From Eledone cirrhosa (taxonomy: Eukaryota), in the NCBI GenBank assembly GCA_964016885.1, contig OZ024746.1, forward strand, positions 21,018,001 to 21,082,000: a stretch of 64,000 nt of DNA, given 5' to 3'. Positions 13,694 through 28,900 of this stretch are shown in pieces. Position 1 is the stretch's first letter. Each line of letters starts with the position of its first letter. The position numbers and the translations under genes are program-made. Under the pieces are notes generated by a model that saw only the letters and a list, made by a program, of their open reading frames with translations, made no database searches and was not told the origin of the DNA.

Positions 13694-13880
13694 GTGGATT
13701 GGCAGTATCGGTAGAGGGTCGGACGCTATGCTTTGACGTATAGAGTTACGGCCCTTGCCATTCTGAGTTCAAATCCCGCCGAGGTTAACTTTGCCTTTCA
13801 TCCTTACGGGGTCGATAAAATAAAGTACCAGTAATTCTCTGGGTAATTGCTGGCCTTGTGCCAAACGTAGAAACAGTTAT
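13694..13880 (+). mobile_element. SINE family A copy (short subfamily)
   Basis: Near-identical to 26969-27160 and 42120-42308. Confidence 0.85.
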
Positions 13881-13928
13881 TTCTCCAAAATGGCTGACTG
13901 AATAAATAAGTGCTTTTTCTAAAAAGAA

Positions 13929-15418
<1,490 letters not shown>

Positions 15419-15462
15419 TGAAAAAAAACAAAGGAACTATTATGACATTATAACAAGTGTAT

Positions 15463-15509
15463 TGCCGACAGCCGTTTCGTCCGACCATATGGTGGGACTT
15501 TTCAAGGCA
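15463..15509 (-). ncRNA. Hammerhead ribozyme, U3-A8 core variant
   Basis: RC: TGCC-TTGAAAA-GTCC c ACCA ta TGGT c GGAC-GAAA-CGGCTG-TC-GGCA, inside a (TA)n-flanked segment (~15418-15850). Confidence 0.85.
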
Positions 15510-16085
15510 TATAACATGTGATTGTAAGATCATTATTTACATCAACGTATCACTCAAGACTAGCAGTTTGAATTTGTGGTATACATCAGCAGCTCCGCTT
15601 GTATAGTTGGGGTCTATATTCTAAGGGGGCTCTTTTATATTAGTTGTCGGGGTCAGAGATTGAAGGTTAAGAATTAGATAATATATAATTTACGCATTAA
15701 AAGTAAAGATTAAATTAGAAGACTTGGGATCCCGTAGAAGCACCTTTCTGCTCCGCTTATACGCACAGAGCTTAACTAGCTACCGTCACATATTTGGTAG
15801 GTCAGACGTGATCATCGCGATTCACATACGACCTACCATACATCTTGCTTATATATATATATATATATATAAAATATGTAGTTTAGAAAGCCATTTAAAA
15901 AGTATATATATATATATATATATATATTTAAAAACTATATATATATATATATTTAAAAAGTATATATATATTTATATATATATATATATTTACAAAGTAT
16001 ATATATATATATATATATTTAAAAAGTATATATATATATATATATTTAAAAAGAAATGTGTATATATATATATATGTGTGTGTAT

Positions 16086-16343
16086 GTAAGAGGTAAACAG
16101 AAATAACAACACAATCGGTTCAGTATATGGAAGGGATATATTAAGTTAACGCTTGATATAGCAGGAAGAGATGGACCATAACGCATCAGAGTACTCGATA
16201 CTTAGAGTAGTAGAGTGGGTAATAGAAAAAGAGTCAGGATCCCGACAGCTGAGCAAGCCGTTTCGACAGCTAGATCCGAACTGAGTTCGGATCTAGCTGT
16301 CGAAACGGCCGGAGTTCCGCCGTCGAGGTCCTGGCTCTTCTCC
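16086..16343 (-). mobile_element. Chimeric fold-back: H1-subfamily body with an H2 tail
   Basis: 16172-16343 is an H1-like hairpin centred at ~16282; 16086-16171 matches 10466-10550. Confidence 0.7.
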
Positions 16344-16456
16344 TATATATATATGGTCTTTAAAGCGATGAAATGCTTATGATGGTTGGAAGATCACTGA
16401 TGAAGGACAAACTTTTTTCATATGTAACCCATTTGCAACTCCGCAGCGCCCTTATT

Positions 16457-16518
<62 letters not shown>

Positions 16519-16520
<2 letters not shown>

Positions 16521-16708
16521 AACGAGTAGGACCCCGACGGCTGAGCTCAAGCCGTTTCGACGGCTAATTCTGGACTAGAATTAGCCGTCGAAACGGCTTG
16601 AGCTCAGCCGTCGGGGTCCTACTCGTTCCTTTTACCCACTCTACTACCCTAAGTATTGAGTACTTTGGTGCGTTATGGTCCACCTGGTTCCTGACCACAT
16701 TTCCTTCG

Positions 16709-16710
<2 letters not shown>
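16519..16710 (+). mobile_element. Family H1 fold-back pLTR insertion in (TA)n
   Basis: Perfect ~54-bp inverted arms around loop GGACT (16572-16576), then a tail ending TTCCTTCGTT(AT)n. Confidence 0.88.
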
Positions 16711-16758
<48 letters not shown>

Positions 16759-17629
16759 GATTTACTACAATGATTTGTTGTAGATTTGTTGCAGACGATA
16801 ATTCTAATTCTATGGTTTAGATGTTTCAAGATATATAGTTTGGTGTTTCATACTTCTGACTTTAATTAACACAGGGAGCAGCTAGAGACATTTCAGGATT
16901 GAATTTATTGAAGTACTAGCAGCAAATTCAACCAGTACAAACATTGTTCTCAAGATTTGACGAAAATAACTGTTTGAACACTCATAATATTCTATATATA
17001 TTAGGAAAGTAGAACTAAAATATGTTCTTGTTTTCCCCAGTAAAATATGCACTTCCCTTGAAATGAAACAGTGTCAACCAAATAATGAGATTGGAGAGTA
17101 GTCTCCCCCTTTCCTCTGTTGACTAATGTTGACAATATTCTTTGTGTTTTAAGTCATTTAATTAGATTTCTGTTATATTTTAATATTAGGAAACATAAAT
17201 GAGGGCGGTGAATTGGCAGAATTAGTAGAGCGTCGGATAAAATAATGTTGCAGTATTTGTTCTGGTTATTTATATTCTGAGTTCAGTAAGAGTCATTAGA
17301 TGTGGCGTATATTTCTTTAACACGCTGTTCTGGTCTATGATGAAAACAGATATGTATTGAAAGTGGAAATGTGAACTACACATCTTACACAATATTGGCG
17401 TCTTTTCAAGGTGAATCAGAATCAGGAGCTGCTTTCGATCTTTGCCAACCTTTCCAAGGCTAAGGGAACAATTTCACTGTATCACCTCTAGAAATGTTAT
17501 CTCTTAAGACGATGAGTGAGAATAAACAGAGTGAGAGATGAAAGAGAGGGAGGGAGAAGAAGATAAATATAGAGATAAAGAAAGAGAGAGAAATAAAATG
17601 TGAGACAGACAGAAAGAGAGATAGAATGT

Positions 17630-17673
<44 letters not shown>

Positions 17674-18704
17674 AAAAACAAACAAAACAAGACAGCATAA
17701 CAGGAAATAACGATAATTTGAATTGTTGGAAATAAATATTTTCAAATGGAATATTATGTCCCTTAGATACATATGTTTTCAAATTGACACAACGGGTTTT
17801 ATTTTCTCAACTTCAGTTTCTCGTTTTCGTACATATTTAACCGTGTTTAGATATCCTTTTATATTTAACTTGATATTGCAGCTTCATGTGATGCATAAAG
17901 CCTTTATACTATGATTGATGACTCCCAGTGCAGCAACATTACAGGGAAAGCAGTAATTTTATGTTTGGTCATAGAGATCTGATTTGTGGATTCAGAAATA
18001 TAGTTCTGTTGCAATATTATCCCTATATCGATATCAAATACGACGCTGTATGTAAATTTGACTATAACTTTGTTAGACAAACATAATTTCGAGAATGAAT
18101 CTTTGGACGTGAAAACATTTAAGTGATGCGTTGATCTCAAAAACAGTAGAATGTCATTTCGGGTATTGTTTTTACAATAAGATTCTAATTATTTGAGATT
18201 TTATTTTGTATTGGGAAGTCATATAAACGAAGTTATAAAATATGTGATGGCGATTGCCATAACGAGACCAAATAAAAATCGATATATTATCACAACACAA
18301 ATTTTATGCCAGCTGGATTTTATCTGTGGCCAAAATAATATTAAATCATTCCGAAAGATTACAATACATTACTGCATATTATGCAGTTTTGTTGGATCAT
18401 CTTCCTTCCATGTGTGTCATTGTGTATGCATACGCTTGAATTTTCGAAAATATTTAGTGCACAAACAATCGTTAGTACTAGATAACGTGTATAATCGATT
18501 GATACTGAAATATATCGTTTTACGAATTCAAATACGCTTAAATAAATACTACGTGTTTATCCTCTCTGTGGTCTGAATACTTAAGTGAAGAATGAATGCT
18601 GATAATATTCTAATATCAAAATCATAAAACATACAAAATATAATTAGAATATCCTCCATTTGAAGGTTTCGGTAAAATACGTTATGTGGAAGAGTTCCTA
18701 GTTA

Positions 18705-18830
18705 TTCTCGGGTCCCAAATAATAGGGGTGGGGCTGGAATAAACGGGGGATCAGAATAAGCGGGGGAGTTGGAATAAGCGGGGGTTTTCGAATAAACAAG
18801 GGGTTGGAAAATCGGTAATTTTTCTATGTT
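18705..18830 (+). mobile_element. MITE-like fragment with short GGAATAAGCGGGGG repeats
   Basis: About four ~20-bp repeats; start resembles 62962-63316. Confidence 0.45.
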
Positions 18831-19401
18831 GTCACCGTTGATTTAAACAATCTCCCAGAATTAGTCGTTTACTTTATATATTGAGACCCCAACTCATCCT
18901 ATAGGAATGTACTCTTTTGTCATGTATAATGTGTTTTAAGGTGTTTTTGCCACTGTCAACACTAATTGAGGAAATATAAGCAGATGTGCGTCATTCCATT
19001 TTTCATGATGGTCGAGTGTGATAAAATGGTGTTTGACTGCTATTATTAACTGGTCGGACAGAGACCAATCATTTCTTCGGGGAGTTTAGTATTTTTCGAG
19101 GGAGTGATTTGATTCTCATTCCTATATACACGATGAGTATTTATTGAATCATAAATAATGTCAAATGAAGATGGGTTCCAAACAATTATAACAACTTTCT
19201 ACTCAAGTATATTTACTCAAGTATATTAGTAATTTATAAAGAAAATATATAGATTAAATATGCAGTTAACATGCAAATGTGGTATGATAATTTTGGCAAA
19301 AAAACCCCGCATATTTCATAATAAAAAGATATATTCTGAAAATAACGTTAAGTAGAATTCTCTAATTGAATATTTATAATAAATATTTATAATATATCAT
19401 A

Positions 19402-19500
19402 CAGTGTGTCCCAAAAATGTATACACACTTTGATTACCTGTACAGGCAATACTTATTAGAATGCTGTTGATGTGTGTATAGATTTTTGGGGAACACTCTG
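19402..19500. mobile_element. Tc1/mariner-type MITE
   Basis: TIRs CAGTGTGTCCCAAAAATGTATACACAC / GTGTGTATAGATTTTTGGGGAACACTCTG; TA on both sides. Confidence 0.75.
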
Positions 19501-19914
19501 TATATATATAATATATTATATATAATATATTATATATATAATATATTATATTACATATTTATAATATATTCTGAAAACAATGTTAAGCATAACTTTCTAA
19601 TTACATATTCATAATATACTTATAAATCTACATGAATTAAGTAAAATCAACATTTCAGAACGTCATGAATATTAATGAGGTTACTAATCAAACGTTGTAT
19701 GATAGTTTGTAACATGCTCAAGCGTATCAATGATTTTCTTCTTCATTTTTAGTATACGGAAGTTAATTTTAGTATATTTAGAACATTAGTTTTAGAATAT
19801 TTATTTTTATTGGTAATGTATTTTTATAGATAATTTGGCTTGATTTTCAGTAATGATGCATATACCACTAATATCTGAAATAATGTTTAATATTTAATAA
19901 CTATTAATGCTATT

Positions 19915-20155
19915 TGGGATAAACCAAGCGGCAGGAGGCCCAGGGCTAGACCTCGATGGTTGGATAACATTCATGAGCTCGGCTTCTCTCGCTTGGGGAT
20001 CCAACCGGATCAATTGGAAACGGTTGCTTTTGACTTGAGCAACTGGAAGGAGTTTTTGAGGATTCTGTCTCCACGATTCTTTCAGGAATAAGTGGAAGCA
20101 GAAGAAGAAGAAGAAGAAGAAGAAGAAGAAGAAGAAGAAGAAGAAGAAGAAGAAA
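19915..20155 (+). mobile_element. RTE-clade LINE 3' fragment with (GAA)n tail
   Basis: Encodes KPSGRRPRARPRWLDNI; ends GGAATAAGTGG(AAG)n. Confidence 0.7.
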
Positions 20156-20384
20156 TTTGAAATCGACGTTGCCTCTTTTGTATAATGAGTCGCAAGTTCA
20201 ACGAATATTTTTAGTAATTCATATATTATTTTCAGTAATGATGCATGTCCAAGCTACATCTGAAATAATGTTTAATAATAGATAATTACTAATGCTATTT
20301 CGGTATAGTTTTTCCTAGAGATATTCACGTGAAGTTCTGACGTCAACATTTAAGTCATAACAACCTCCATTATATGCTGTTGAT

Positions 20385-20568
20385 GGCGGTGGATTGGCAG
20401 TATCGGTAGAGGGTCGGACGCCATGCTTTCCAGCTTAGTTACGTCCCTTTACGATCTGAGTTCAAATCCCGCCGAGGTTGACTTTGCCTTTCATCCTTAC
20501 GGGGTCGATAAAATAAAGTACCAGTAATGAACTGGGTAATTGCTGACCTTGTGCCCAAAGTAGAAACA
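20385..20568 (+). mobile_element. SINE family A with a 16-bp TSD
   Basis: ATTATATGCTGTTGAT at 20369-20384 and 20569-20584. Confidence 0.9.
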
Positions 20569-20809
20569 ATTATATGCTGTTGATTAAATATACATATTTC
20601 CCCAAAATCACATTTATGAAAATGTTATGTTACATAATGCAGTTACAAAAGTTCCAATACAAGTTAAATTGTAAAAATAACATCTCCAAATAAATTATCT
20701 ATGTATTGTGTTGGAAAATGTTCAAGATTTTTCAGCATATAATTTACCTATATTTGTTATTCTTCTGAGGTATATAATTTCGCTGCGAAATATTTTCTAG
20801 AGTGTGTAG

Positions 20810-21155
20810 ATCGGAGACCAGAGAATTGCTATAGATAGAGTCGCTATTTCTCCGAATTGACAAATCACAGCATCGAAACTATGAGCATAGGGTCAGAATG
20901 TCTCAGGAAAGAATCGCTGGACAAATTTTATGGGCAAAACCAACCGAGCAAGATGGTTGGATAACATCTATGAGATCGGTTGGTCTTGCTTAGGGATCCA
21001 GCTTGATCAATTGGAGACACTGGAATGAATGTTTGAAGTCGTTTGCCCCAACGACCCTCCCGGGAATAAGTGGAAGAAGAAGAAGAAGAAGAAGAAGAAG
21101 AAGAAGAAGAAGAAGAAGAAGAAGAAGAAGAAGAAGAAGAAGAAGAAGAAGAAGA
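20810..21155 (+). mobile_element. RTE-clade LINE 3' fragment with (GAA)n tail
   Basis: Homologous to 19915-20155 and 30350-30780. Confidence 0.7.
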
Positions 21156-21440
21156 TAATACTTTTTCTCATCTTTCTATTCGGAGATATTATAAAATTTA
21201 TAGGAATATATTTACAAATTAACAGATGAATGTAACTATTGCAATATTGATTGGCAGACTTAGAGTATCGAACGAAAATCGTTTGATATATACATTTCTA
21301 TATAGCCTGCCGTGTATGTAATTTATCCGCCGAGGTCACACACGTACACACACACGTGCACACACACATATATTTATATATAGTTCCCCATATATATATA
21401 GTAATAGTTGAACATTATACACACACATACACACACACAC

Positions 21441-21499
<59 letters not shown>

Positions 21500-21563
21500 C
21501 GGAGGGAGAGAGAGAGAGAAACAGATAAAGAGAGAAGAAAGAGATAGATAGATACATGTACAC

Positions 21564-21642
<79 letters not shown>

Positions 21643-22645
21643 AATATAGTTATATATATTTATGCATGTCAGTGGGCGTCTATGTCCTTGTGTGAGCGTG
21701 GTGGGCGCACACTCACTGGTGTGCATATATAAATATCTGATAAAACGATGAATTAGTTACATAAGGGGAAGAGAAAGAGACGTGGAAAGGATACTACTTT
21801 TGAAGCATAAGTGAGCAAATTGTATGAGTGATTGGAAATAAGATAAGTAAAGATAGACTGATAAACACTGAGATGAAAAGATTAAAAAGAAAAACAGGAC
21901 AATATTTATCATTTAGAGAGATACATGTATGAATAGTTATATGGGGAGATAGACGATGAAACACATACAAAAGAGGAAGTGTCCCATAGTGATAAAGATA
22001 TTGATGCATAGAAATATGTTGATATTGAGAATGGATAGAGAATGGATAGAGAGACAAAACGTTGCAAATCTGAATTTTATTTTGGTTTTTCAGTTTTCAA
22101 GACCATATAATCGTATTTAATGGCTCCACATTATTATCTTTGATTCAAACTTAAACGCTGCATCTGACAGTCAACGTGTTGAATTTAACTGTATGCCTTT
22201 GTGCATTGGTTTACATGTTATCCCATGCGTGTATTTTAGTGTATTTATGTAACAATGCTTAATGGTTATATGAATGTACATATTCACTTGTTTAGAAAGA
22301 AACAAAGTTTTAGAGAACGTGGGAGAGATAGGGAGAGAGAGAAGGCGTTAGAGAGAAGAAGAAAGGGAATTAGAAGGAGAGAAAGAGAGGGAAGAGAGAG
22401 GGGAGTTAGATAGAGAGAAGAAGAAGAAGAAGAAGAAGAGAGAGAGAGAGAGAGAGAGAGAGGAAGAAAGGAAGATAGATAAATAGTGAAAGGTGGAGAA
22501 AGAGAGGGGAGAGATATAATATGTGAGTGAGTGAAAGTTAAAAAGAACAGAGGAAGTAGATTGAATGTCTTAGAGAATGAGAAAGATAGGAAAAGGAAAT
22601 ATATAGGGTAGTGAAGGGAGAGAGAGAGAGAGAGAGAGAGAGTGA

Positions 22646-22721
<76 letters not shown>

Positions 22722-22812
22722 ACAAAATAGAATCAAAGTAACACAAGTATAAATGAACGAAGTGACATCAGGATTCAACCAAAATTTTTTTAAACGGATA
22801 GAAGAATGAAAG

Positions 22813-22902
<90 letters not shown>

Positions 22903-23152
22903 GAGAGGTATAGAGATTGTTTTAGCGAGAAGCTAACAGCATTCTATAACATATATGCGACTATAACGTCAAGATGGGAAAAGTAGTTAACGTAGGATTT
23001 AGGAAAAATAATTCAAACTCATCTCAAAAGAGAATCAGGATATAAATTCATCCACAGAATTTAGTGAAATCCAGGGAAAAATCTATAGACCTTTAACTCA
23101 TGATAAAATAAAGTTTAAAACACTTATCCTTCAATTTGGAATAACATCAAAT

Positions 23153-23233
23153 GCTCTGTATAGTCTTAAAAGACTATTTCATGAAAACTTTCAGTGGAGA
23201 TGGTCACGGTTGGATTTCATTCATCAGCAGAGC
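23153..23233 (-). ncRNA. Complete type I hammerhead ribozyme in a (TA)n-flanked element (~22899-23460)
   Basis: RC: GCTCTG-CTGATGA-ATGAAA...TTTCAT-GAAA-TAGTCTT tt AAGACTA-TA-CAGAGC. Confidence 0.85.
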
Positions 23234-23457
23234 TCAACAGAAAACCAGGGCTCTCACAGTATTATAATCCGAAAAAGGGAATTCTAAAACTGGCTAGTTC
23301 GCCATCATGTGTAATTATGAAAAAGCACATGAGGAAAAAACGGGGCTAGTGACGTCAGGATGGAAGTGAATGTTTATTTACGAGAAATAGCAGTCAAATA
23401 CATTCTGAAAAAAACTCTACAAAAGGAGTTCAGCAAATAGCAATAATTATCACAGTT

Positions 23458-23520
<63 letters not shown>

Positions 23521-23523
<3 letters not shown>

Positions 23524-25806
23524 GATTCAATGAGTACATCAAAGAATGAGTTTTACAGTAGATTGGAAGCACTCTACAGAAAATAATTTTCCAGAGTTAT
23601 TAATATTAAAATAAAAATATTAATAAAATAGATGTTCTTTTGATCAATTAAATTGTATTATACATATTTCGGAGGTACAACAGTACGTCCTCACCAGACA
23701 AAATATAATGATACATGACATACCCTGAGATGTTAAATGGTTAAGATTTAATCAAGGTAGTGATTAACCTAAGAGAAAACTCAACATTTATACCCTAATA
23801 ATGAGAAAATGCGAAAACGTAATAAATTCAATAGAGAATGTGTGAGTAAGAAAAACGTTGGTTAATGTGACAGCTATAGAGATTTTAAAATGTAGGATAC
23901 TACAAGTTATGGTTATCTAGGAAAACATCTCATGAATTATAACTGTCCACGAGGGCCGCTAAAAGAGGATTTAAAATAACATAAATTAAATATTTTGAAA
24001 CTTATCCGTTTAGCTTTTGGGAAAAAAATCTCTTTCTGCATATATTACTCCCCTTTATCTTTCCCTCTCTTTAAATCCTCTCTATGAGGGAGAAAAAGTA
24101 TATATGGGTAGAAAGTATGAGTTCGTAAGATTCGTGGTGAGTGGAAGGCGTGATGAGTAAAGAAGAAGCTCAAGGTGGTTGAGTAATCGTAGGAATGTTA
24201 ATCCAGTTAAAAAGTAGATGCGATTTCAGATGCCGCCAACATCTGAAGATCTCAGTCTTAGAGTTGAGGCAAGTGAAAGGGGCTTTCAAGTTTTGGAGAA
24301 TTCTAAATTTTTCCGTGGTGCACAAAGAACATTTCTTTGTGCCCCTTTGGTATTCGCTTGAATGGTCTAAAATAGACCAATCAATAGTATACGGAATGTT
24401 TTTGTCTTTAAATTACCACACTTTATTTGCCAGCGTCGTTGCTGTTCTTTTATCAGGGTGTTTGAAAGAAGCGACATGTGCATAATATCTGGTTTTGAAT
24501 CTGTCCTGAGTCATGCCAACATATCGTTCACTCCTGGCTGGCTGGTTATTAATCATCGGTCTCAATTTGGCCTCATACACAATGGATTTGGTATTACATT
24601 TACCCTGTAATGGACATTCTTCCGGCTTCCTGCAACTAAATCCTGGATTCACTCTCGTAGAGTTGGTAATTTTAGTCTTCATTGATGAGCAGCAAGAGTA
24701 ACTGATTTTGACTACATTTCTATTAAATATTTTATTATATCTATGATTAGGGGGAAAATGTTTGTCTAGGAGGTCGAGGAATTTCCTTCCTACATTAGTT
24801 TTAAGTTAGAGAGAAGGGGGTGTAAACCAAATAATTTTTCTTTTCCTATTATTGTGTTTAGTGTTAGAGAGAGGAGTAGGTAAATATTTAATATGTTCAG
24901 TGAAACCGCTATGATGGGGGGCCTTATTATAATAAGGGGCGGCTTTGTTAAAAATGTCTATAGACGAAGGTAAGGTAGAAATCCTACGGCTAATGTTAGG
25001 AATAAGATTTTTTAAACTATAGGGGGATGGCAAGACTCTTTGTGTATATATCTTAAATTCTCGTTAGGTTTATGATAAGATTTAAAAGAGGCGGTAAGTA
25101 GATCAAGATTAATATCAAGGAAGTTAGTATTAGTAAGATTCGTATCTATAGTAATGTTAAGCTTTAGGTTAGCAAAGGTATTAATTAAATCTTTTCGGAA
25201 TTTATCAAGGTTATGGCCGTTGGTGGTATGAGAAACTGCTAAACCGTCGTCTCGGTATAAACCGATATTATGGCAAGGAAATTTCTCTTTAGAGGTGTGA
25301 AGGAGGAATAACCCTACTAAGTCGCACACATCAGCACTATCATATGAGCCCATCGCAACATCAAAAGAGTTTTCAGGGCTTGACTTTTTAACCCAAACGC
25401 TTTCATTAGCAAAGAGTAGTGTTTTCCTAGCATGAAAGATAATGTCTTCTTCTAATTTAGAAATATTAATGAAAGGTCTACCAAAATCTAATGCTTTTGT
25501 TAATAAGGATTCAGTAATAGAGGGGTAAAAATCAACGATATCAAATTGGGTAAATCTACACTTATTTTTTCCTTGTATATTATTAAACCAAGAAATAACA
25601 GAGGATGTATTTAACCATTGTAATAAGTCAGTCTTAGTCCTTATTTGAAGTTTTGAAGTATAATTTTTCTTAAGATTTTTATACTCGCAAGGCCAACTTC
25701 AGATTTAGCAGGGTTAATTAGTCTACAGCTAGGTCGATTAGTAAATTCTGATTTATGGTCTTTAAGGGTAATATATCGTTTACGTTTAGCTAAGCTTTCA
25801 ATCCGG

Positions 25807-25808
<2 letters not shown>
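23521..25808 (-). mobile_element. 5'-truncated Penelope-like (Naiad-type) retroelement, (TA)n at both ends
   Basis: Coding remnant 24170-25808. The 3' region has a degenerate HHR CTGGTGA-GGAcGTAC tgtt GTACcTCC-GAAA (~23662-23697). Confidence 0.9.
24170..25808 (-). pseudogene. Frameshifted Penelope RT + GIY-YIG ORF
   Basis: [80 protein letters not shown]; several frameshifts and a TAA at 24413. Confidence 0.92.
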
Positions 25809-25840
<32 letters not shown>

Positions 25841-25884
25841 GTCTAAGATGCTTCCATAGGCAGTATGCCGGTTGAGCACTCTCT

Positions 25885-26025
<141 letters not shown>

Positions 26026-26453
26026 GTGTGTGTGTATGTATATGTATACATGTGTTTAGACGTATGTGTGTATACGTGTGTGTGGGCGTGTGGGGAGGTG
26101 TGTGCATATATATATATGTATGTGGGTATATATGCATATATATGTGTAGATGTATATATGTGTGTATGTATGTGTATGTATGTATGTATATATATATATC
26201 TGTACGTGTATGTGTATGTATATGTACGAATGCGTATGTGTGTGTGCATGTATGTGCATACGGGTGCGTGTCTGTGTATATGCGTGCGTATATACACGCG
26301 CGCGCGCGCGTGTGTGTGCCTCTCTGCGTGCATGTATGCGTATATTTGTGTGACTACTTATGTGTGTGTGTACACATGGATATGTGTGTACGCTTCTGCG
26401 CGGGCATGTGTGAACGTAAGCACACAAGCTACTCTGTATGTATCTGTCAGTAT

Positions 26454-26534
<81 letters not shown>

Positions 26535-26753
26535 CGTGTGGGAGTGTGAGCTAACAAACAGCAGTAATTTGGGGACAGTGGGTGAGTGACAGCTCACGCC
26601 ATGACGGTCAGCAGGCTGCTACCTGTGGTCAGAATAATGATGACGTCACTAACCAGTGACCAACCCAAGGACGCGCAAAGCGGATGAAAGTGGACGATAC
26701 AGACCTGTAGGGTCAGAAACCCCAGAAAGAGGATATGCTCCGAAATCAATAGA

Positions 26754-26843
26754 CGTGTCCGAGGAAACTGCGAGTCTAGAGTCAGGTCGATCCACACACA
26801 GATCACACCTCGAGCTGTTCGCCGGGGAAACAATTGTAACACG
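26754..26843 (+). ncRNA. Degenerate hammerhead ribozyme in a pLTR-like fragment (~26597-26890)
   Basis: CGTGT-CCGAGGA...GAAA-CAATTG-TA-ACACG followed by AATAAA; core U4C change and weak stem II. Confidence 0.55.
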
Positions 26844-26968
26844 CAATAAATTGACTTCCGATGCATCACTGATTTTTCGTTTTCTATTCTCTCTCTCTCT
26901 CTATATATATATTGTTATAATTGGGGAGGGTCATATTGTTGTAATAATGAGTGTGTTCTGTTATTTCT

Positions 26969-27160
26969 GGCGGTGGATTGGCAGTATTGGTAGAGAGTCG
27001 GACGCCATGCTTTAGCGCATAGAGTTACGGCCCTTGCCATTCTGAGTTCAAATCCCGCCGAGGTTAACTTTGCCTTTCATCCTTACGGGGTCGATAAAAT
27101 AAAGTACCAGTAATGTACTGGGTAATTGCTGGCCTTGTACCAAAAGTAGAAACAATTATT
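26969..27160 (+). mobile_element. SINE family A copy
   Basis: Full-length copy, sitting between inverted pieces of the 13996-type repeat. Confidence 0.85.
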
Positions 27161-27250
27161 ACAATATGATCTTCCCCAAGTATAACAATATTTGTTTCGA
27201 CACACGATTTCATATTAAAAACCTTGCAAAACAAATTCACCGTCACACAA

Positions 27251-27367
<117 letters not shown>

Positions 27368-27672
27368 AAGAAAGAGAGAGAAAGAGTGTATGAGAAAATG
27401 CATTTAATATACAGATATAACGGAAGAGAAGTTTGAAATGGATTTTCGAATCTGATTTGTTTAATAGCGTTGTCGTTTTTACTATTGTGGTATATCTTGT
27501 AGGAATTCCACAGTTGATGGACGATTAAAATTGTGTGATAGGTCTTCAGATTAAGATAAAATCGGTGCCACTCACTGGTCATGTAAACTGAGGTAGAAGT
27601 TGTATACATAATTGTGAACGAGGGAATTTGCTGGGCGAGGAGTGACAAAGGGCAAATAAGAGAGAAAGAGAA

Positions 27673-27772
<100 letters not shown>

Positions 27773-28034
27773 CGAGAGAGAAAGTCTGAGAGAAAGAAAG
27801 AAAGAAAGAAAGAAAGAGTGAGAGAGAAATTTTGAAAGAGAGAGAGAAGAGGAAACAATGTGTGCATTTCTTATGAAAATGTTCTGCTGGTATTTATGGT
27901 ATCATTGCTGCTGTTGTTATTTAATAGTTTGTGTTCGAACCATTTTAATAATTAGAATTATAGGAGATAATTTTGTTACTCTGATCAAGGAACACATTAA
28001 TCAAATCATTCTATCCCTGAATATCCCATTTTAT

Positions 28035-28254
28035 TTTACCACCATAGGCGCTGAGCTAGCCAGCCGCAGGTGTGTGCTTCGCGAGTTGGAATGGCTCTTC
28101 CAGCGCATCTCCCTTACCATCCTCCTGAGAAACGCCTTCTCCATCCTGTCCGCCGGGGCTGTGGGGAGGCCAGCACGTGGGACCCCATTTGCTCACCATA
28201 CGGATTAATAGCCAAAGTTATAAACTCTTGTAACAATAACAAGAAAAAAAAAAA
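28035..28254 (+). mobile_element. CRE-clade LINE 3' end with A-tail
   Basis: ELEWLFQRISLTILLRNAFSIL matches the CRE C-terminal pattern L.QR.S..I.RGNA.S.L; poly-A at ~28244-28254. Confidence 0.7.
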
Positions 28255-28700
28255 TTCGCCACTTATACAAATATGTCTTTTGTTTTCATAAAATGTTAAT
28301 TTGTGTTTTTCCCGTTTTGTTGGTGAGGCGCGACTGAGGTATCGTTCAGACTGGGGTGTAGTGTCTGTCTCACCCTCTCTCCCTTTCTGTTACTGTTTGA
28401 TCCTTCTTTCTTTTTCTCATTTTCCTTTTCTTTTATTTCACCTTTTTCCTTTTCCTTTAATGATGTGTTTAGCTTTTATTAGATATTGCTCAATTATTTT
28501 CATATAATGTTAATAGCTTTTCATGACATTTCGTATATTTCCTTACTATTTCTAGCAGTTATTTATCCTACAATGTTGTCTGAAGTTTTAAACGTCGGTC
28601 TCCATTCCATGCTGATTAGTCTTGTTCATAAGCAAAATATTTCCTGGTATTTATGAGAGTACTATAGGAAACAGATAATGTATCTAAAATGTATACGTAA

Positions 28701-28900
28701 CAGGGGGGCCGACTGAAAGGTTCGTAGGCTGTCTATGAAGGAATGATGTTAGAGCTGTAAAATCTTGCATGCATTAATTTCAACTCTTCTTAATTTCAAC
28801 TGCATTGTTTCTTTCCAGGGACTATGTTGAAAAATAAGCCTCATATGGTAATTCCATGAGAGTATCTTGGGCACCCTATAAACCTTTCAGCCGACCCTCG
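28701..28900. mobile_element. mariner-type MITE
   Basis: TIRs GGGCCGACTGAAAGGTTCGTAGG / CCTATAAACCTTTCAGCCGACCCTCG followed by TA. Confidence 0.7.

Noticed and set aside
16519-16630. Palindromic repeats resembling CRISPR repeats or terminators
   Set aside because: Eukaryotic context, no repeat-spacer periodicity; explained as pLTR fold-backs.
21029-21229. Poly-Lys ORF
   Set aside because: (GAA)n tail of an RTE LINE.
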